The notes under the pieces are model-generated. The model saw only the letters and a list, made by a program, of their open reading frames with translations, was not told where the DNA came from and ran no database searches. A stretch of 64,000 nt of DNA from an uncultured Collinsella sp. (GTDB lineage Bacteria; Actinomycetota; Coriobacteriia; Coriobacteriales; Coriobacteriaceae): assembly GCA_902493515.1 (NCBI GenBank), contig CABUPE010000002.1:36073-100072 (forward strand), read 5' to 3'. This document shows positions 58,511 to 64,000 of the stretch, in pieces (the first letter of the stretch is position 1; every line of letters starts with the position of its first letter). A program made the position numbers and the translations under genes.

Positions 58511-59260
58511 ATGGCAGGCTCCCGGACATATCGCACGAAAGTGCTCGTGCTCGATAAGACTAAGCTCAAAGAGACCGACCTGATCTTGACGATGCTTGAC
58601 GAGCGGGGGCGGCAGGTTCGTGCCGTGGCAAAGGGCGCCCGCAAACCCGGCGGACGCCTGGCTGCGCGCTGCGAGCTGTTCTGTACGGTAGATATGCTGC
58701 TCGCACATGGACGGTCACTCGACGTGGTTTCCCAGGCCGAGCTTATGGAGGCGCCGCTCGGCGTTGCGCCCGATTACGAGACGACCTGCGCCGCAAGCGC
58801 GATCGCCGAGGTCGCGCGCGTGTGCTCGTTCGAGGACGCCGAGGACCTGTTTACCTTTGCCATCACGCAGCGAGCGCTTGCCCTGGTGGGCAGCGGGCTC
58901 GACACGGCGCATATGGATCTACTTGTGGCGGCATATGTCTTTAAGCTGCTGTCGCACGTTGGCTATCGACCCGATTTTTCGGCCTGCGTGCTGTGCGGAG
59001 ACCCCATGCTGTCGTATTTTTCGCCCCAGGCGGGCGGCCTCATGTGCGGGTCGTGCGCGTCGAGCGTTCCAGGTGCCGAACTGGTGTCGACCGGTGAGGC
59101 CGCATGGCTGCGCGCCCTCATGTCCATGACCTTCGATGCGCTTTTGGCCGAGCGAATCGACCCGCATACCGCAGCCTTTTTGCTGGGGCTTTCGCATGTT
59201 TGGGCTGCGACGCACACCGATCAGCGCCTCCGTGCGATGGAATTCATGTTGGGTCGGTGA
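58511..59260 (+). CDS. recO: DNA repair protein RecO
   Basis: AVAKGARKP OB fold; CVLCG...CGSC zinc finger; era-recO synteny. Confidence 0.92.
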   Translation: MAGSRTYRTKVLVLDKTKLKETDLILTMLDERGRQVRAVAKGARKPGGRLAARCELFCTVDMLLAHGRSLDVVSQAELMEAPLGVAPDYETTCAASAIAEVARVCSFEDAEDLFTFAITQRALALVGSGLDTAHMDLLVAAYVFKLLSHVGYRPDFSACVLCGDPMLSYFSPQAGGLMCGSCASSVPGAELVSTGEAAWLRALMSMTFDALLAERIDPHTAAFLLGLSHVWAATHTDQRLRAMEFMLGR

Positions 59261-59398
59261 TGATGCGCAGGCGCGGGCTGCTTGTGGTAACATACCAACC
59301 TGTTGGTACCTCGACCTTGGTTGCTCGCTCCACCGGCGGCTTCCCAGTCCGAGGCGAATCGAGTCGCCCGATGGCGACGCAAAAAGAAAGGTGAAACA

Positions 59399-59677
59399 AT
59401 GACTGTTTCCAAAGAGCGCAAGGCGGAGCTGACTGCCCAGTTCGGTAACACCCCGGTCGACACCGGCAACCCCAAGGTTCAGGTCGCCATCCTGTCCGAG
59501 CGCATCAAGGAGCTGACCGAGCACATGAAGTCCCATCAGAAGGACTTCCACACCCGTCGTGGTCTGCTCATGCTCGTCGGTCGTCGTCGTCGTCTTCTCT
59601 CCTACATCAAGAAGAACGACATCGTCGAGTACCGTGAGCTCATCAAGGCTCTGGGCATCCGCGACAACATCCAGTAG
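59399..59677 (+). CDS. rpsO: 30S ribosomal protein S15
   Basis: DTGNPKVQVAIL, HQKDFHTRRGLL. Confidence 0.97.
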   Translation: MTVSKERKAELTAQFGNTPVDTGNPKVQVAILSERIKELTEHMKSHQKDFHTRRGLLMLVGRRRRLLSYIKKNDIVEYRELIKALGIRDNIQ

Positions 59678-59691
59678 GATTTGTACATGCT

Positions 59692-59723
59692 AAGAGCGTC
59701 CTGCGCAGCGGGGCGCTCTTTTT
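59692..59723 (+). terminator. rpsO terminator
   Basis: AAGAGCGTCCTGC...GCGGGGCGCTCTT followed by TTT. Confidence 0.8.
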
Positions 59724-59826
59724 GTGTAAGGGCGCGAACAATCACGCTCTGAAGCGTGGCGGGGGCAGGGGGTCCGCGTCACATGAGAAGCCCGCAGGCA
59801 AGGGGCCTGTGGGGTAAAGGAGAACA

Positions 59827-62073
59827 ATGACACTCGTATCCAAGACCTTTGAGCTGTACGGCAAGACCTACACCTTTGAGTCGGGCGAGCTTGCCAAGCA
59901 GGCCACCGGCGCCTGCCTGGTCAAGCAGGGCGACACCACGATGCTCGATACCGTGGTCGTCTCCAAGGAGCGCAAGAACTATGACTTCTTCCCGCTGACC
60001 GTCGACTTCAACGAGAAGATGTACGCTGCCGGCCGCATCCCGGGTGGCTACCTCAAGCGTGAGGGCCGTCCCAGCGAGAAGGCCACGCTCACCGCGCGCA
60101 TGATCGACCGTCCGATTCGCCCGAGCTTCCCGGACGGCTTCCGCAACGAGGTGCACATCGTCGCTACCTCGCTTGTCGCCGACCAGGTCAACCCCTTTGA
60201 CGTCATCAACGTCATGGGTGCTTCCCTGGCCATGACGCTCGGCGGCGTGCCCTTCGAGGGCCCGCTTGCCTGCGTGCGCATCGGCCGTAACGTGGAGACC
60301 GGCGAGTTTATCGTCAACCCCACCTACGAGGAGCGCGAGAACTCCGATCTGGACTTGGAGCTGGGCGGCTCCGCCGACTTCATCTCGATGGTCGAGGCCG
60401 GCGCCGAGGAGATCTCTGAGGACGACATGCTCGCCGCCATGAAGTTTGGCCAGGAGGCCCTTGCTGCCTTCTGCCAGGCTCAGGATGAGTTCGTCGCCGA
60501 GTGGGAGCAGGTCAACGGCCCCATCGTCAAGAAGGAGTACCCGCTCGACCAGCCCGTCGAGGAGGTCCAGGAGCGCATCTTCGCCCACTACGACGAGATG
60601 GCAGCCGCCTTGCGCGACGCCGACAAGCTCTCCCGTATCGGCAAGGTCGAGGCTCTGAAGGAGTCCATCCGCGCCGAGTTCACCGAGGAGGAGCAGGCTG
60701 CTTGGGAGCGCGAGATCCCCGTGGCGCTCAAGAAGCTCGAGAAGAAGGCCATGCGCACTATGGTCGTCGAGACCGGCGAGCGCGTCGACGGCCGTGCCGC
60801 CGACGAGATCCGTCCCATCATGGTGAAGGACAACTACCTGCCGCTCGTTCACGGCTCCGGTCTGTTCCAGCGCGGCCAGACCCAGGTGCTCTCCGTCCTG
60901 TCGCTCGGCATGCTCAACGAGGGCCAGCGTCTGGATACCATCGAGCCCACCGAGGGCAAGCGCTACATGCACCACTACAACTTCCCGCCGTTCTGCACCG
61001 GCGAGACCGGCCGCATGGGCAGCCCCAAGCGTCGCGAGATCGGTCACGGCAATCTGGCAGAGCGCGCTCTGCTTCCGGTGCTTCCCGACGAGAACGAGTT
61101 CCCCTACGCCATCCGCGTCGTCTCCGAGGTCATGGAGTCCAACGGCTCCTCTTCGATGGCTTCGACCTGCGGTTCTACGCTCGCCCTTATGGACGGCGGC
61201 GTGCCCATTAAGCGCCCGGTCTCCGGTATCGCCATGGGCCTGATCCAGGAGGAGGGTAAGACCGTGGTCCTGTCCGACATCCAGGGTCTCGAGGACTTCC
61301 TGGGCGACATGGACTTTAAGGTCACCGGCACCACCGAGGGCATCACCGCCCTGCAGATGGACAACAAGGCCACCGGCCTCACCTTCGACATCCTGGCCCG
61401 CGCCCTGCAGCAGGCCAAGGAGGGTCGCGCCTTCATCCTGCAGAAGATGCTCGATGTGATCCCCGAGCCGCGCCACACCACACGCAGCACCGCTCCGCGC
61501 ATCGTCTCCATCCAGGTCCCGACCGACAAGATCCGCGACGTCATCGGTTCCGGCGGTAAGGTCATCCGCGGTATTCAGGACGAGACCGGCGCTTCGGTCG
61601 ACATCCAGGAGGACGGCACCGTCTTTGTCGGCGGCACCGGCGAGTCCGTGGACCAGGCCGTCGAGCGCATCAAGCTCATCATCAAGGTTCCCGAGCCGGG
61701 CGAGGAGTACACCGGTCGCGTGGTCTCCATCCAGCCCTTCGGCGCCTTCGTCAACCTGCTGCCCGGTAAGGACGGCCTGCTGCACATCTCCCGCGTCGCC
61801 AAGGGCCGCGTGGAGAAGGTCGAGGACGTCCTCAATGTGGGCGACGAGGTCAAGGTCGTCGTCATCGAAGTCGATGACCGCGGCAAGATTTCGCTCGATC
61901 GTCTGGATAAGCCCGAGGCCCCGGCTCGCGCCGAGGGTGCCTCAGAGGGCGACGGCGAGCACTTCCAGCGCCGTGAGCGTCCGCGTCGCGAGCGCTCCGA
62001 GCGCAGCGACCGTCCGCGCCGTCCCGGCGACAACGGAGGCCGCAAGCCCCGCCGTCACCACGACGCCGAGTAA
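59827..62073 (+). CDS. pnp: Polynucleotide phosphorylase
   Basis: DFFPLTV, RMIDRPIRP, RREIGHG, ESNGSSSMAS, GDMDFKV, KH and S1 domains. Confidence 0.98.
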   Translation: MTLVSKTFELYGKTYTFESGELAKQATGACLVKQGDTTMLDTVVVSKERKNYDFFPLTVDFNEKMYAAGRIPGGYLKREGRPSEKATLTARMIDRPIRPSFPDGFRNEVHIVATSLVADQVNPFDVINVMGASLAMTLGGVPFEGPLACVRIGRNVETGEFIVNPTYEERENSDLDLELGGSADFISMVEAGAEEISEDDMLAAMKFGQEALAAFCQAQDEFVAEWEQVNGPIVKKEYPLDQPVEEVQERIFAHYDEMAAALRDADKLSRIGKVEALKESIRAEFTEEEQAAWEREIPVALKKLEKKAMRTMVVETGERVDGRAADEIRPIMVKDNYLPLVHGSGLFQRGQTQVLSVLSLGMLNEGQRLDTIEPTEGKRYMHHYNFPPFCTGETGRMGSPKRREIGHGNLAERALLPVLPDENEFPYAIRVVSEVMESNGSSSMASTCGSTLALMDGGVPIKRPVSGIAMGLIQEEGKTVVLSDIQGLEDFLGDMDFKVTGTTEGITALQMDNKATGLTFDILARALQQAKEGRAFILQKMLDVIPEPRHTTRSTAPRIVSIQVPTDKIRDVIGSGGKVIRGIQDETGASVDIQEDGTVFVGGTGESVDQAVERIKLIIKVPEPGEEYTGRVVSIQPFGAFVNLLPGKDGLLHISRVAKGRVEKVEDVLNVGDEVKVVVIEVDDRGKISLDRLDKPEAPARAEGASEGDGEHFQRRERPRRERSERSDRPRRPGDNGGRKPRRHHDAE

Positions 62074-62096
62074 TAGCTACACATAAGCAGCTCAAC

Positions 62097-62127
62097 AAGG
62101 GCGACTCCGTACAGGGGTCGCCCTTTT
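62097..62127 (+). terminator. pnp terminator
   Basis: AAGGGCGACTCC-GTACA-GGGGTCGCCCTT followed by TT. Confidence 0.8.
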
Positions 62128-62268
62128 GCTTGCGCCCGGGAGGGCCGCATATGAAGTTTCCTGCTCTACAGTCCTGCGCAAGACGGAAAGCACATTAAGT
62201 GCTTTCCTTTGCGTGCGGAACTCGCGATAAACTTCATATGCGGCCCTCCCGGGCGCAAGCAAAAGGGC
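62120..62268 (+). repeat. Hairpin element copy 1: 40-bp perfect inverted arms around a 69-nt core
   Basis: Arms 62120-62159 and 62229-62268 are exact reverse complements; core 62160-62228. Confidence 0.9.
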
Positions 62269-62392
62269 TGGTTAGTGCCGCTCGCTATTTAGTTAGACAG
62301 TCTATTCAGTAGTCAGATTTCAGATCAGTAGATAGACACAGCAGTATTTCCCCTGATAAAACCTACCAAAATAAACCTATCTCATATTGGCA

Positions 62393-62533
62393 GGTCAGGG
62401 CTCAGCGGCCCCGGCACGGGCTAAGTTTATCGCGAGTTCCGCACGAACAGGAGGCCACTTAATGTGGCCTCCGTCGTGAGCAGGACTGTAGAGCAGGAAA
62501 CTTAGCCCGTGCCGGGGCCGCTGAGCCCTGACC
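62393..62533 (-). repeat. Hairpin element copy 2 (inverted): 36-bp perfect inverted arms around a homologous 69-nt core
   Basis: Arms 62393-62428 and 62498-62533 are exact reverse complements; core 62429-62497 is 59/69 identical to copy 1 on the opposite strand. Confidence 0.9.
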
Positions 62534-62721
62534 GGCGGGATAAACAGGTTCAGATGGGGCTTTGATGCATGGGTGGTCTGTTGTTGTGCAAATGGGTATC
62601 ATACTGTGGTTACTGCATCGACTCTATGATGCATGTTTGTACGTTCCCGGCGGTCGGTTTGCCAGAAGCGCCCCGTCGGTTGTTCCAGACCCGTTTCGAA
62701 GAAAGGAAACCACACTAACCT

Positions 62722-64000
62722 ATGGCAGCTAAAAAATCATCTCCCTTGAAGATCATTCCGCTCGGCGGCCTTGACGGCATCGGCAAGAACATGACGGTCT
62801 TCGAGTGCGGCGACGACATGGTGCTCGTCGACGCCGGCCTCATGTTCCCGGATGACTCCCAGCCCGGTATCGACCTGGTGCTTCCCGACTACACCTATGT
62901 TTTGGAGAACGAGGAAAAGCTCCGCGGTATCGTCGTCACCCACGGCCACGAGGACCACACCGGTTCGCTTCCGTATCTGCTGCAGGACCTCAACAATAAG
63001 GTGCCCATCTTCTCGAGCAAGCTGACGCTTGGCTTTATCGAGGGCAAGCTTTCTGAGTTCCGCATCCGCGCGCCCAAGTTCCGCGAGGTTAAGGGCGGCA
63101 GCCATGTCAACCTCGGCGGCATCTCGCTCGACTTCTTCTCGATGACGCACTCCATCCCCGGCGCTCTGGGCGTGTTCATTCGCACCAATCAGGGCACCGT
63201 TATGCACACCGGCGACTTTAAGCTCGACCAGACCCCCATCGACGGCGTCACGCCCGACTATGCCGCTATCAGCCGCTTTGCCAAGCAGGGCATCGACCTG
63301 TTGCTGTCCGACTCCACCAATGCCACGGTTCCCGGCTTTACCAAGTCCGAGGCCGAGGTCGGTCCCAACTTGCTGCACGCCATCAAGAACGCCCCGGGTC
63401 GCGTGTTCGTCGCTTCGTTCTCGAGCCACATCCATCGTTTGCAGCAGATCTGCGATGCCGCCCGCAAGTGCGGCCGTAAGGTCGTTGTGACCGGTCGCTC
63501 CATGCTCACCAACACCCGCGTCGCGCGCGAGCTGGGCTACCTCAACATCGACGATGCCGATATCATCGATGCCTTCGATATCGATAACCTGCCCGACGAC
63601 AAGATCGTCGTCATGTGCACCGGTTCGCAGGGCGAGCCGCTGTCGGCCCTGTCCCGCATGGCCAATGGCGAGCACAAGACGCTCTCTATCCACGAGGGCG
63701 ATACCGTCATCCTCTCGGCAACTCCCGTTCCCGGCAACGAGAAAGCCGTCCAGCAGGTCGTCAACAGCCTGGCCAAGCTCGGCTGCGACGTGTGGGATAA
63801 GAACCGCGCTCTTGTCCACGTCTCGGGCCACGGTAGCCAGGAGGAGCTCAAGCTCCTGATGGCCATGGCCAAGCCCACTTACTTTATGCCGGTTCACGGT
63901 GAGGCCGTGCATCTGCGCGCCCATGCCCAGCTTGCCCGCAAGATGGGCATCAAGGACGATCATATCTTTATCCTCGATAACGGCGACACGCTCGAGATGC
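62722..64000 (+). CDS. rnj: Ribonuclease J (partial, runs off window; missing from the ORF track)
   Basis: ATG 62722 after AAAGGA; IIPLGGLDGIGKNM, THGHEDH, HTGDFK, DSTNA, GSQGEP, HVSGHG, PVHGE. Confidence 0.95.
   Translation, partial: MAAKKSSPLKIIPLGGLDGIGKNMTVFECGDDMVLVDAGLMFPDDSQPGIDLVLPDYTYVLENEEKLRGIVVTHGHEDHTGSLPYLLQDLNNKVPIFSSKLTLGFIEGKLSEFRIRAPKFREVKGGSHVNLGGISLDFFSMTHSIPGALGVFIRTNQGTVMHTGDFKLDQTPIDGVTPDYAAISRFAKQGIDLLLSDSTNATVPGFTKSEAEVGPNLLHAIKNAPGRVFVASFSSHIHRLQQICDAARKCGRKVVVTGRSMLTNTRVARELGYLNIDDADIIDAFDIDNLPDDKIVVMCTGSQGEPLSALSRMANGEHKTLSIHEGDTVILSATPVPGNEKAVQQVVNSLAKLGCDVWDKNRALVHVSGHGSQEELKLLMAMAKPTYFMPVHGEAVHLRAHAQLARKMGIKDDHIFILDNGDTLEM

Noticed and set aside
59294..59398. 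S15 autoregulatory leader upstream of rpsO
   Set aside because: Plausible by position after an extended -10 TGgTAACAT, but I could not match a specific known structure by eye
62187..62206. GAAAGCAC/GTGCTTTC shared between hairpin element 1 and the RAYT-flanking repeats
   Set aside because: Only 8 nt, and it is the part that changes in copy 2, so it does not show that this RAYT mobilises the elements
62120..62533. CRISPR array, tRNA, hammerhead or hairpin ribozyme, or IS ends
   Set aside because: No repeat-spacer periodicity, cloverleaf, CUGANGA core, TSD or adjacent transposase
62737..63963. 408-aa minus-strand ORF
   Set aside because: Antisense shadow of rnj, which the ORF track missed because it runs off the window

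Overview
High-GC bacterial chromosomal segment, most consistent with a Coriobacteriia actinobacterium such as Collinsella. This is an inference from the mIHF-gmk-rpoZ cluster combined with Firmicute-like gene orders. The window is mostly housekeeping: translation and ribosome biogenesis (rsfS, rpsP-khpA-rimM-trmD, glyQS, rplS, rpsB-tsf-pyrH-frr, proS, rpmB, rpsT, lepA, era, ybeY, rpsO, pnp, rnj), MEP/undecaprenyl genes, ppdK with its regulator, adhE, a PyrR-attenuated pyr operon and two intact competence loci (yraN-comM-dprA; comEA-comEC). No rRNA, tRNA, CRISPR array or prophage was found. The most notable signals are: (1) two inverted copies, between pnp and rnj, of a 69-nt core with compensatory hairpin changes, each enclosed by a different perfect 36-40 bp inverted repeat; (2) a RAYT-like HUH/Y1 transposase flanked by 51-bp REP-like inverted repeats; (3) an 11-bp-period direct-repeat motif shared upstream of both competence loci; (4) a predicted membrane-anchored class A DnaJ paralogue; (5) an RseP with a winged-HTH-like insertion; (6) a xerC that appears to need a non-canonical ATA start codon. 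All calls come from reading the sequence; no searches were run.
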